Positions 38,540 to 47,122 of a stretch of DNA of 64,000 nt are shown here, in pieces. Source of the stretch: a bacterium (lineage in GTDB: Bacteria; Patescibacteriota; Minisyncoccia; UBA6257; MFKM01); NCBI GenBank assembly GCA_030693325.1, contig JAUYAV010000019.1, positions 1,324 to 65,323 of the forward strand, given 5' to 3'. The notes beneath the pieces were generated by a model. That model was given only the letters and a program-made list of their open reading frames with translations. It made no database searches and had not been told where the DNA came from. Positions within the stretch are counted from its first letter, which is position 1; each line of letters opens with the position of its first letter. A program made the position numbers and the translations under genes.

Positions 38540-38572
38540 GCCCCGTCAATAAAATGACGGGGTTTATTTTTT
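38540..38572 (+). terminator. Rho-independent terminator
   Basis: ccccgtca-ataaaa-tgacgggg + tttatttttt. Confidence 0.75.
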
Positions 38573-38580
38573 AATAAAAT

Positions 38581-38665
38581 GAACCCCGTTAGAAATTCCA
38601 GAGATTTAATTTCAGGAAATTTTAATTTTCAAGATTAGCCCATTTGTGATTTCTAACGGGGTGAA
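38581..38665. repeat. Third inverted pair of CCCCGTTAGAA / TTCTAACGGGG arms flanking ~50 bp
   Basis: gaaccccgttagaaattcc ... gatttctaacggggtgaa. Confidence 0.7.
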
Positions 38666-38702
38666 TTAAAATTATCCCTATAACATCTATAACATATAGA
38701 CA

Positions 38703-38775
38703 GGGCGCTTAGCTCAGCTGGTAGAGCGTCGCATTTACACTGCGAAGGCCTGAGGTTCGAACCCTCAAGCGCCCA
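38703..38775 (+). tRNA. tRNA-Val (TAC)
   Basis: gggcgct...agcgccca; D-loop agctggta; anticodon stem tcgca/tgcga with loop ttTACac; T-loop ttcgaac. Confidence 0.85.
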
Positions 38776-38979
38776 CTAATTCCGAAATAAAAATCAACTC
38801 CTTTTAATAGGTGAAATATTTAGGTTAAGATCTGGCGTCTTTTTCTGTTTGGATTTAGTTTACTGGGAAATTACGATTTTTCCTTAAATAAACCCTATTT
38901 TAAAAACAACTTTAAAATCTGATAGAAAGCTTAGGTTTTATCCACTTACTGAGGAATGTAGATAAAACCTACGTTTTTA

Positions 38980-39165
38980 AAATGTTTCACATAAAAGTGT
39001 GAAACATTGGTTTTTTACAAATTTTCGCAGACAGGTCAGTAATGCGATGAAATCTACGCTTTTGGGATTTTGGGCAAAAAATGAAAAAGTGAGTGTTTGC
39101 GCAGAAACATTATTTTTTGGAAAAAGCTTCAAAAATACAAAAAAGCGATGTTTCTGCGCAAACAT
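38980..39165. repeat. Cluster of three related palindromes AATGTTTC...GAAACATT / TGTTTGCGCAGAAACA
   Basis: aatgtttcacataaaagtgtgaaacatt (38982..39009); gtttgcgcagaaacat (39092..39107) and its reverse complement atgtttctgcgcaaac (39147..39162) within a larger hairpin. Confidence 0.6.
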
Positions 39166-39199
39166 CGCTTTTTGAAAATCTTGGAAGAGATTTTTAATT

Positions 39200-39682
39200 T
39201 TAGGGAAACAAATGAATATTTTTATCAAAAATTCCCCATTTATAAAGCCGGTATAATGATTTATACCTATCAGAAACATCCGGGTCGCTTCCGATTTTCT
39301 CTAACCAATCAATAAATTGTATGGCCTTATATCCCTTTAATTTTTTATAGAAAAAGGGGATTATAATATCTTTCAACTGCTCAAAATCTCTTACTACCAA
39401 CGCCGCCATTCTTCCTCTTTTATAGCCATCGCCAGTCCATGCTTTATGATTATAAATTGGATTTTTTAAATCTAAAGAATCTCTCACCATTTTTAACAAA
39501 TTTTCGTCTCGCTCATGCATTCCTATATAAAAAGTAGGCATTTTACACTTTCTACCGTTCTTTTGGCGCCATCCAGTATGGAAACTAAAACAGCCTTCGC
39601 CAGTAACTAAGCCCCTGATATAATCATTGGTTAAAGTTTTTTTGTTCAGGATGGTTTGTTTGTTGACGAACACTTCGCTCAT
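39200..39682 (-). CDS. Free-standing LAGLIDADG-type homing-endonuclease-like protein (single-motif, 160 aa)
   Basis: IRGLVTGEGCFSF matches the LAGLIDADG_3 motif (lAGfiDGEGsF); second conserved block IGMHERDENLLKMVRDSL; size fits homodimeric single-motif enzymes. Confidence 0.55.
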   Translation of the reverse strand: MSEVFVNKQTILNKKTLTNDYIRGLVTGEGCFSFHTGWRQKNGRKCKMPTFYIGMHERDENLLKMVRDSLDLKNPIYNHKAWTGDGYKRGRMAALVVRDFEQLKDIIIPFFYKKLKGYKAIQFIDWLEKIGSDPDVSDRYKSLYRLYKWGIFDKNIHLFP

Positions 39683-39728
39683 TTGATTTATTGTAGCACG
39701 GTGCTACACTATAATAAATAATAACACA

Positions 39729-40181
39729 ATGACTCAAAAAGCAGAATTAGGAAAATCAGGCGAAGATTTGGCCTGTGGGTATCTTGTGGATAAGGGTTAT
39801 AAGATTATTGAACGCAATTTCCGCAAACCCTGGGGAGAATTGGATATTATTGCCAAAAGCCCGGACAAAACCTTGGTTTTCGTGGAAGTTAAGACAATGA
39901 GGAAATTCGGCAATGAATTCGGCGACCAATCCGGCAATGATTTTGGAAGAGGGGCAAAATTGTCTTCCTACGGGAGGTCTGTTGTAGGGAGACCGGATTC
40001 AGGCATTGAGCCGGAAATGCAAATGACCCAGGCTAAAATAAAAAAAACAAAAAGAGCCGCTTCTTTATACGCCGGCGCCTTTCCGGAAAAAATAGACGAA
40101 AAGGCCGGCTGGAGGATTGATTTGCTTGCTTTGACAATCAACACAAAAGATTGTATAATAAATCATTATGAAAATATCTGA
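39729..40181 (+). CDS. yraN: YraN/UPF0102-family endonuclease-like protein with internal insertion
   Basis: GEDLACGYLVDKGYKIIERNFR...GELDIIA...LVFVEVKT matches the UPF0102 N-terminus. A ~40-aa Gly/Ser-rich insert follows. Confidence 0.6.
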   Translation: MTQKAELGKSGEDLACGYLVDKGYKIIERNFRKPWGELDIIAKSPDKTLVFVEVKTMRKFGNEFGDQSGNDFGRGAKLSSYGRSVVGRPDSGIEPEMQMTQAKIKKTKRAASLYAGAFPEKIDEKAGWRIDLLALTINTKDCIINHYENI

Positions 40182-40275
40182 AACGCGCAAGAAAGGCAGA
40201 CTAAAATTTTAATCTGCCTTTTTATATTCTCCTTCTATTTGATTTTAAAAATTATTGAAATATAATAAAATTAAT

Positions 40276-40350
40276 GGTGACCATGGTGTAATGGCAGCAC
40301 AAGGGTTTGTGGAGCCCTTCGAGGGAGTTCAATTCTCCTTGGTCACCCCA
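40276..40350 (+). tRNA. tRNA-His (GTG) with encoded G-1 and 3' CCA
   Basis: Anticodon stem agggt/gccct with loop ttGTGga. The extra 5' G pairs with C73 (8-bp acceptor). ...ggtcacc + cca is encoded. Confidence 0.8.
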
Positions 40351-40355
40351 AAAAA

Positions 40356-40688
40356 ATGAAAATATATAAAAAAATAATTCTCGGTTTTATTGTTGTGATT
40401 ATCATTTTGGGCTTGGTGGCTTTTTATTCTCCCATTCAGAATGTTTCCCAACCGCAACCCGCGCCTGAACCCGAAGAAAATTCTTCAGCTTCGCTTGATG
40501 CGCTTCCCGCAAGTTCAACTACTCCGGATTCTAATTCTATCAATCAAGTATCAACTTCTTCAGCTTCCGAGAAATCAAATTTTGAAGATATGTCCGGCTT
40601 TTCTGATTTGGATCAGGAAAGTGATTCGCTGAAAGAAATGGGAACCAGTAGCGACACAAGTATTGTTGATGATTTTTTAACGAACTAA
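40356..40688 (+). CDS. Membrane-anchored acidic Ser/Thr-rich protein (hypothetical)
   Basis: N-terminal TM helix; low-complexity S/T/D/E-rich tail. Confidence 0.4.
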   Translation: MKIYKKIILGFIVVIIILGLVAFYSPIQNVSQPQPAPEPEENSSASLDALPASSTTPDSNSINQVSTSSASEKSNFEDMSGFSDLDQESDSLKEMGTSSDTSIVDDFLTN

Positions 40689-40692
40689 ACAA

Positions 40693-41661
40693 GTGAAGAA
40701 AAAAGAGAATAAAAAGATTGTGGTTATCGGCGGCGGAACGGGAATTTTTGCTATTCTCAATGGTCTAAAAAATTATTTTGATGATATCTCAGCTGTTGTC
40801 ACTATGGCTGATGACGGAGGCTCTACCGGAATTTTGCGCGAGGAATTCGGGATTTTGCCCCCGGGCGATGCCCGCCGGGCGATTATCGCTTTGTCGCATT
40901 CAGACAATAAAATTTTTTCCGAGCTTTTTAATTATCGGTTTAAAGAAGGCAAGGGGCTGGCCGGCCATAGCTTAGGCAACTTGATGATCACGGCCTTGGA
41001 GCGGATTACAGGAAGCTTTGACGAGGCCGTCAGAGAAGCCAGTAAGATTTTCGGCTTGAAAGGAAAGGTGATTCCGGTGACTCTCCAGCAAACCCGGCTT
41101 TACGCCGAGCTGGAAAATGGAAAAATCGTCAGCCGGGAAACTAATATTGATATTCCCCAGCATGACGGCCATTTGAAAATAAAAAAGGTTTGGTTGAAAC
41201 CGGCGGTTAAAATAAATCCTGAAGCCGAAAAAGAAATCAAAAACGCTGACTTGATTATTATCGGTCCCGGCGATCTTTATACCAGTTTAATCCCTAATCT
41301 TTTGGTGAAAGGATTAAAAAATTCTTTAAAAAATAGCAAGGCTAAAATTATTTATTTTGTTAATTTGATGACCAAATACGGGGAGACCGACGGCTTTCGG
41401 ACTTCGGATTTTTTGAAAGTTTTGGAAAATTATTTAGGGGAAGGGGTCTTGGATTATATAGTGGTCAATAATAAAAAACCCGCTCCGGCCAGATTGCGGC
41501 CTTACGCTTTGGAGAAAGCTTATTGGGTGGAAAATGATTTCAAAAAAATAAACCGAAAGCCGGTTTTAATAAAAGCTGATCTCTTGCGGCCGCGGGGTTT
41601 TGCCAGGCACGACCCCGAAAAAACCGCTGCGGTCGTGAAAAAACTTTTCGCTATGTTATAA
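40693..41661 (+). CDS. yvcK: YvcK/CofD-like (UPF0052) gluconeogenesis-factor-family protein
   Basis: KIVVIGGGTG...VVTMADDGGSTG glycine-rich nucleotide-binding signature of the family. Confidence 0.8.
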   Translation: MKKKENKKIVVIGGGTGIFAILNGLKNYFDDISAVVTMADDGGSTGILREEFGILPPGDARRAIIALSHSDNKIFSELFNYRFKEGKGLAGHSLGNLMITALERITGSFDEAVREASKIFGLKGKVIPVTLQQTRLYAELENGKIVSRETNIDIPQHDGHLKIKKVWLKPAVKINPEAEKEIKNADLIIIGPGDLYTSLIPNLLVKGLKNSLKNSKAKIIYFVNLMTKYGETDGFRTSDFLKVLENYLGEGVLDYIVVNNKKPAPARLRPYALEKAYWVENDFKKINRKPVLIKADLLRPRGFARHDPEKTAAVVKKLFAML

Positions 41662-41707
41662 TATTGTTATGAAACTATTTCACTTCTTCCAATCTTTGTC
41701 ACAGGTC

Positions 41708-41758
<51 letters not shown>

Positions 41759-41927
41759 AAAGCGGAGCCAGTAAACAGGTCCGCCGCTTAGCGATAATCA
41801 ACCTCCTCCTGATTCTCACCGTGGCCTTTTTGGTCAAGGTGGTTTTTGATTTGAACAGCAGTTTGGCCAACCCGCCCCATCAGAGCGGGGTTTTTGTTTC
41901 CCCTTCTCAGGCAGCTAACTGATAATA

Positions 41928-41990
41928 GAAATTTTCAATTTCTAATTTTCAATTTCTAATGAATTTTCAATGATTTAATTTTCAATGTTT
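41928..41990. repeat. Direct repeats AATTTTCAAT(TTCT) x5 in pilin upstream region
   Basis: aattttcaatttctaattttcaatttctaatgaattttcaatgatttaattttcaatg. Confidence 0.7.
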
Positions 41991-42059
41991 AAAAATTAAA
42001 AATTTAGTCATTGATTAAAAATTTTAAATTTAAAATTGTTTTATTGTAGAAAAAGTAAT

Positions 42060-45000
42060 ATGAATAAATCTAATACAGGATATACTCTCATCGAACTATT
42101 AATCTACACCGTTATCTTTGCCATCTCCGTCGGCGTCTTCTCCGGCGTCCTCATTACTTTCACCAGAGTTCAGACCCAGACTTCGGCTGATTCCGAGCTC
42201 ACCCAGCAGTTGTCGTTCGTCCAGTCAACTATCCAGCGGCTCGTCCGGGACAGCGCCAATATCCAAAATCCGGCCGGAGTCGCTTCTTCCAGTTTGGTCT
42301 TAAGAATGGCTTCTTCCTCTTTAGACCCCACCGTTATCTCCTCCGACGCCAACGGCATCTATCTCCAACAGGGCACAGGAGAAGTCATTCCTATCACCAA
42401 CAGCCAGGTCAAGGTTGCCCAGTTTGAGGCCATCAAATACGAAAACCCTAATGCCCACGCCATTGTCCAAGTCAATATTGCCTTAACCTACAACAGTCAG
42501 AATCCCTACCAGCAGATAACGAGAGCCCTTAAGATCGCCATCGGCAGAGTGTCCGCCGCCACCTTTGACGATAGTTTGATTCCCAATACCAACAATTCTT
42601 TTTCCCTGGGTGATGCCACTTACAAATGGAAAGACATCAACATTTCCAATCTCCTCAACGTGGGCCAGTTGATCACCGACCCCGTGGCCGGAGCCCAGAA
42701 CGGGTCTATCTATTACAATACTTCCTCCAGCGCTTTCCGGGGTTATGCCAACAGCGTTTGGTCTGTTCTTGGAGGCGTGGGCTGGGCCGCTTCCTCCACC
42801 AATATCTACAACACCAATGCCGGGAACGTGGGGATCGGCACCGCCAGCCCGGGTGATACCTTGGATGTAAACGGCTCTATTGTGACAACCGGAATCCAAG
42901 ACACCGGGAAAACTACCAAGATGTGGCTGTCAGGCGCTATAGCAGCCAAAACTCTTGATTATATGGAATACTCCTCCGACGCCAATGCACAGGTGGCGTA
43001 TGTGAGTAATGCTACTATAGCTAATCCAATATCTCATTGGAAGATGAATGATAATGCTGCTACTACAGTTGTGGTAGATTCAATGAGTGCTAACGCAGGA
43101 ACTGCTGATGCTAATACAGATACATTAGATACAACAGGAAAAATAAATGGTGCACTTTTGTGCAGTGTTTCACCAGTAAGAGCAGTAGCGATTGGTTCTA
43201 CGGGTTTTCCTGCTGTCAATACAGCGAGGTCTGTTAGTCATTGGGTATATCTTACATCAAGAAATGCTATTGGTGGAACATTCAGTTTTGGATATGGAAC
43301 AGGAGATACTAATAAGGGGTGGGCTATAGACGCAGGCGGAACATCTTCCACTACTCCATTACGAGTTGCTGGCTATTCAAATGATTGGTCTACTAATTAT
43401 ACTTTACCTTTAAATGAATGGCACCTTATTACTGTAACTTATGATGGAACGAATCTATTAAAATTATATGTGGATGGCACATTACAAGATTCTACTACAA
43501 GTTATACATTTGCTACTGTTCTTTCTACGGCGTATATTGGAGGAAATTGGGATGGCAGTGCTGCATATAGATTTAATGGTTCAATAGATGATGTTCGTAT
43601 CTATAATTTTGTTTTAACTGCAACAGAAGTCTTAGGACTCTATAATAATAATGCTGGAACTGAATTACAAAATCCTCAAGGAAATCTCCAATCCTACTCC
43701 GAAGCCACAATCAAAACTCAAGGAAGTTATGCGTTGAAGGCGGTGGCAGCGATAACGACTTCACTCAACAAAACCCTCACCCGCACCGTATCGCCTACGA
43801 TAGATTTATCTAACCAAACTCAGATCAAGTTTGATATTCGTGCCTCAAGACCTGGAAGCAATATCAAGATAGGCATCCATGATAGCGGCGGAACGACCAC
43901 TGAAACAACGCCTAATATTGCTTCAGCAGACACATATCAAACTATTACTTGGGATATATCGACGGTAACCAATGCCAATAAAGATGCGATAGACCAGATT
44001 ATAGTTACTATCATTAATGCGGACGCTGCCAATACTTTCTATATAGACAATTTGTATTCGCCTTCTGTCGGGTCGCTTGCCGATATCATATTCACGACAG
44101 CCAGTTCGGAAAGAATGAGGATTGATTCCTCCGGCAACGTCGGCATCGGGACGACGGTGCCGGGGGCGAAATTGCAAATAAGTAATGCTGACCAAACTTA
44201 TGCTCTTACGCTTGAAGATGCGAGAACTGGAAATGGACATTGGGTTAGATTTACAGAAGGCGGAACTGAAAAATGGGTTTTGGGACAAGTCGGCAGTGGA
44301 GTTGCTGGACGAGCAGATAATTTTGAAATTGTAAGTGGAAACGGCACTACTCGGTTGGCGATTGCTTCAACAACTGGCAACGTCGGCATCGGGACGACGG
44401 GGCCGGGGAGCCTTTTACACGTCAAGCATCCAAGTGGGAATCTGACGACCAGATTTGAGGGTTTGTCTAATTCGTATTCTTCAAAAATGTATTTAAGTTC
44501 CGTTTCCTCTGGCGATGGCGGCATGATGTATGATGCGGCTAGTAATCTCAGCAATATATTTTCCTACGGTGACCTCAGATTTAATGTAGGTACAGCAAAT
44601 ATATCGGGAGCAATTGGAAACGAGAGAATGGTTATACAACAAGGCGGCAACGTCGGCATCGGGACGACGGGACCGGGGTCACGTTTTACTGTTTATCAGA
44701 ATGTTTCCGGCGCTACAACGGCAGGAATGGAACTGAGATATGATGGTACTATCCACAGAAAGATGTATATGAATTACTCCGGTGATATGTATTTCTATAA
44801 TGGCACTAATGAGGGTTATCTTTCCTCAGCGGGCGTTTGGACAAACGCTTCTGACATCTCCTTAAAATCCAACATTCGGCCAATTGAGTATGGTTTGGCC
44901 GATCTATTAAAACTTCAACCGCGTTCTTACGAAATGAACGCTGACGGATTGCCTCAAATTGGGTTCGTGGCTCAAGAGGTTGAAGGGATAATTCCGGAAC

Positions 45001-45326
45001 TTGTTTCTATAGGTGGGCAAGGGTTAAAGGGTCTTTCTTATGGCAACCTGACTGCAATCAATACTAAAGGTATCCAAGAGCTTTACCAAAAGGTGCGTGG
45101 AGTTGATACGGCAGAAAATGGGGATGTAGCAATAACCGGCAACGTCGGCATCGGGACGGCGGATCCGGGAAGTTATAAATTAAAAGTCGTTGGAACTGTA
45201 AGTGTAAATAGCGGCACTAATATTATTTACAGATGCACAACCGCGGGAACGCTTCCAATCGGAGCATTAACAATAAATTCAGGAAATTGTGGCGCGAGTG
45301 CTGATACGGGGTTAAGTGTGAATTAG
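42060..45326 (+). CDS. Giant type IV pilin-like protein: class III signal + LamG-like lectin domain + GNVGIGTTxPG tail-fibre-like repeats + C-terminal S74 intramolecular chaperone domain
   Basis: Start at ATG 42060: MNKSNTG/YTLIELLIYTVIFAISVG prepilin signature with Glu at +5. LamG_3-like block (WHLITVTYDG...LYVDG...FNGSIDDVRIYN). Five GNVGIGT(A/T)xPG repeats. C-terminal SDISLKSNIRPIEYGLADLLKLQPRSYEMNADGLPQIGFVAQEVEGIIPELV matches the endosialidase-chaperone (Peptidase S74) consensus SDxRxK...GfIAQEVeevlPelV. Confidence 0.75.
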   Translation: MNKSNTGYTLIELLIYTVIFAISVGVFSGVLITFTRVQTQTSADSELTQQLSFVQSTIQRLVRDSANIQNPAGVASSSLVLRMASSSLDPTVISSDANGIYLQQGTGEVIPITNSQVKVAQFEAIKYENPNAHAIVQVNIALTYNSQNPYQQITRALKIAIGRVSAATFDDSLIPNTNNSFSLGDATYKWKDINISNLLNVGQLITDPVAGAQNGSIYYNTSSSAFRGYANSVWSVLGGVGWAASSTNIYNTNAGNVGIGTASPGDTLDVNGSIVTTGIQDTGKTTKMWLSGAIAAKTLDYMEYSSDANAQVAYVSNATIANPISHWKMNDNAATTVVVDSMSANAGTADANTDTLDTTGKINGALLCSVSPVRAVAIGSTGFPAVNTARSVSHWVYLTSRNAIGGTFSFGYGTGDTNKGWAIDAGGTSSTTPLRVAGYSNDWSTNYTLPLNEWHLITVTYDGTNLLKLYVDGTLQDSTTSYTFATVLSTAYIGGNWDGSAAYRFNGSIDDVRIYNFVLTATEVLGLYNNNAGTELQNPQGNLQSYSEATIKTQGSYALKAVAAITTSLNKTLTRTVSPTIDLSNQTQIKFDIRASRPGSNIKIGIHDSGGTTTETTPNIASADTYQTITWDISTVTNANKDAIDQIIVTIINADAANTFYIDNLYSPSVGSLADIIFTTASSERMRIDSSGNVGIGTTVPGAKLQISNADQTYALTLEDARTGNGHWVRFTEGGTEKWVLGQVGSGVAGRADNFEIVSGNGTTRLAIASTTGNVGIGTTGPGSLLHVKHPSGNLTTRFEGLSNSYSSKMYLSSVSSGDGGMMYDAASNLSNIFSYGDLRFNVGTANISGAIGNERMVIQQGGNVGIGTTGPGSRFTVYQNVSGATTAGMELRYDGTIHRKMYMNYSGDMYFYNGTNEGYLSSAGVWTNASDISLKSNIRPIEYGLADLLKLQPRSYEMNADGLPQIGFVAQEVEGIIPELVSIGGQGLKGLSYGNLTAINTKGIQELYQKVRGVDTAENGDVAITGNVGIGTADPGSYKLKVVGTVSVNSGTNIIYRCTTAGTLPIGALTINSGNCGASADTGLSVN

Positions 45327-45351
45327 GAGTCACGGGAAAAAACAATTCTTC

Positions 45352-45376
45352 TATCAAGGTTGAGCCTCAATAATTT
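45352..45376. repeat. Cassette-boundary imperfect palindrome TATCAAGGTTGA(A/G)CCTCAATAAT (copy 1 of 5)
   Basis: Further copies at 45727..45746 (inverted), 46227..46250, 46448..46473 and 47260..47282 (inverted). Confidence 0.7.
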
Positions 45377-45650
45377 AGAATTTATAGGTAGTCCTAAAAC
45401 TCATCGCAGTCTCCATCCGCAAACCTACCCCTCGAAGCCTTTCAACGGAGACAGCCTGCCGCCTATAATTTAATCTTGCTTTTTATCCCCCTCTCCCGTT
45501 CCCTTCAATTTCCTTATCTCCTCCCCGATCTCATCAAAAAATCCCTCATAGAATTTCTTGTCTTCTACGGTTATTTCCCCTTCTTTCAATCTCTCCGCGG
45601 CTTTCTTTTAATCTCTTGGTGTTTTCACCCCCGCCACCGGGTAATAAGTT

Positions 45651-45682
45651 CCTCACTGATATACTTAAGTATATCAGTGAGG
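45651..45682. repeat. Perfect 32-bp palindrome CCTCACTGATATACTTAAGTATATCAGTGAGG
   Basis: Read directly; a 22-bp core copy is at 46358..46379. Confidence 0.9.
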
Positions 45683-45787
45683 AAGAATATCTTTTTATTT
45701 TATAATTATCTAAGAAGTACATTATCGAGGTCGAACCTTGATAATTCAAATTGACAAAAAGTTTTAACACGCTAAAATAATAATTAT

Positions 45788-46009
45788 ATGTCTAGACAAT
45801 TTACGGCAATATACAAAAAAAGCGGAAAATGGTATCTTGGCTGGATTGAAGAAATCCCGGGAGTGAATACACAAGGGAAAACCCTCAAAGAAACCAAAGA
45901 AAACCTCAAAGAGGCGGTTTTGTTGATTCTTGAAACCAACCGCGCTCTCGCGAAAAAAGAAGCTCGCGCCGGCGGAATAACTCGTGAATCAATTTCAGTT
46001 TCTTTATAG
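45788..46009 (+). CDS. hicB: HicB-family antitoxin
   Basis: TAIYKKSGKWYLGWIEEIPGVNTQGKTLKETKENLKEAVLLILE matches the HicB/UPF0150 fold signature. Promoter TTGACA-16-TAAAAT lies upstream. Confidence 0.7.
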   Translation: MSRQFTAIYKKSGKWYLGWIEEIPGVNTQGKTLKETKENLKEAVLLILETNRALAKKEARAGGITRESISVSL

Positions 46010-46019
46010 ATTATTTATA

Positions 46020-46217
46020 ATGAAGCGGAAAACCTTAATCAGTTATATTGTTAAAAACGGATGCATATTCATCAGAGAAGGCGCGAAACACAGCGTCTTT
46101 TTTAATCCCTTGATCAAACGTTCTTCTACCGTGCCGCGGCATAATGAAATTGATGATTTTTTAGCCAGAAAAATTTGCCGCGATTTAGGAGTTAGCGAGT
46201 TCAAAAAACAAAAATAG
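46020..46217 (+). CDS. hicA: HicA-family mRNA interferase toxin
   Basis: Start moved to MKRKTLISYIVKNGC... REGAKHSVFFNP...VPRHNEID fits the HicA (YcfA-like) pattern around the catalytic His. Directly follows hicB. Confidence 0.65.
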   Translation: MKRKTLISYIVKNGCIFIREGAKHSVFFNPLIKRSSTVPRHNEIDDFLARKICRDLGVSEFKKQK

Positions 46218-46473
46218 ATTGTAATATATCAAGGTTGAACCTCAATAGTTTCTAGAAGCGATTCAAAATTGTCCCGATTTCATCGAGGTCCGATGACTCG
46301 CGACTCCTGTCGGAGACTCTCGACAAAGTCGGAGCAAATCCATCGTAATCTACGAAGCTGATATACTTAAGTATATCAGTACGAATTAATGCGAGATTTC
46401 AAAATCAACGGCTCAACGGGAATTCCCGTTGAGCCGTTGAAATATTTTATCAAGGTTGAACCTCAATAATTTT

Positions 46474-46560
46474 TTGAGATTTTTATTATACTTTAGCCGG
46501 TGTTTGGGCTATTACTAAGGTCTGTTTTTTTATTTCTTCCAAAAGTTTTTTGTCTTCAAT
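46474..46560. repeat. Partial duplicate of the recA 3' end and downstream sequence (direct repeat with 47296..47395)
   Basis: 38 + 33 identical nt blocks (gagatttttattatactttagccggtgtttgggc ... tttttttatttcttccaaaagttttttgtcttc). Its minus-strand reading frame ends ...[23 protein letters not shown], like RecA. Confidence 0.85.
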
Positions 46561-46596
46561 TGACTTTCGATTTTTGGGTATGATAAAATAAGACAT

Positions 46597-46827
46597 ATGG
46601 TCACTATCACTATTCCTAAAAAAGAATATCAAAACATCATTCAGAGACAATCGCTTCTTGAAAAGGAAATGGGGTTTTTGAGAAAGACCCTTTTCGAGCT
46701 GGATGAGATAAATATTAAGCCGTCTGTCTTGCGCCGATGGGAGCGTATTAGCCGTGAGCTTGATCGGGGACACGGCCGTTCTTTTTCTTCGTTTAGTGAG
46801 ATGAAAGGATGGTTAAGAAATCTCTGA
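46597..46827 (+). CDS. Putative antitoxin of RelE/ParE-type module
   Basis: 76 aa; immediately upstream of the toxin with 1-nt spacing. Confidence 0.5.
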   Translation: MVTITIPKKEYQNIIQRQSLLEKEMGFLRKTLFELDEINIKPSVLRRWERISRELDRGHGRSFSSFSEMKGWLRNL

Positions 46828-46828
46828 T

Positions 46829-47122
46829 ATGGCCGAGAATGTCTATAGAGATATTGTAAGAATTATATATTCCCGTGAGGTTGAAGACGCTCTCAAGAAA
46901 CTCAAAAAGAGAAATAAAGATATATTTGATAGAGTCGAAAAACAGATAATCAAAATTCTTCGCGAGCCGAATATCGGCAAGCCGCTCCGCTACACTTTAA
47001 GAAACCGCCGACGGGTGCATGTCGGCTCTTTTGTTTTAATCTACGAATTTCATCAGGGCGAGTTGCGCTTTATTGATTTTGATCACCATGATTTAATTTA
47101 TAAGAAGTCCAAGCAGCAATAA
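46829..47122 (+). CDS. RelE/ParE-family toxin
   Basis: ...EPNIGKPLRYTLRNRRRVHVGSFVLIYEF... fits the RelE/StbE fold pattern; 97 aa. Confidence 0.6.
   Translation: MAENVYRDIVRIIYSREVEDALKKLKKRNKDIFDRVEKQIIKILREPNIGKPLRYTLRNRRRVHVGSFVLIYEFHQGELRFIDFDHHDLIYKKSKQQ

Noticed and set aside
38776-39199. Possible group I intron associated with the LAGLIDADG ORF
   Set aside because: All neighbouring tRNA genes are uninterrupted. No rRNA gene is present, and the endonuclease ORF is on the opposite strand to tRNA-Val. I could not see P/Q/R/S-like conserved elements by eye. It is left as a check in the findings.
38977-39315. Overlapping ORFs 38977..39279 (-) and 39097..39315 (+)
   Set aside because: They lie across a cluster of palindromic repeats and hairpins and overlap the LAGLIDADG gene end. 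Mirror-image ORFs are typical of palindromic DNA, so they are probably not coding.
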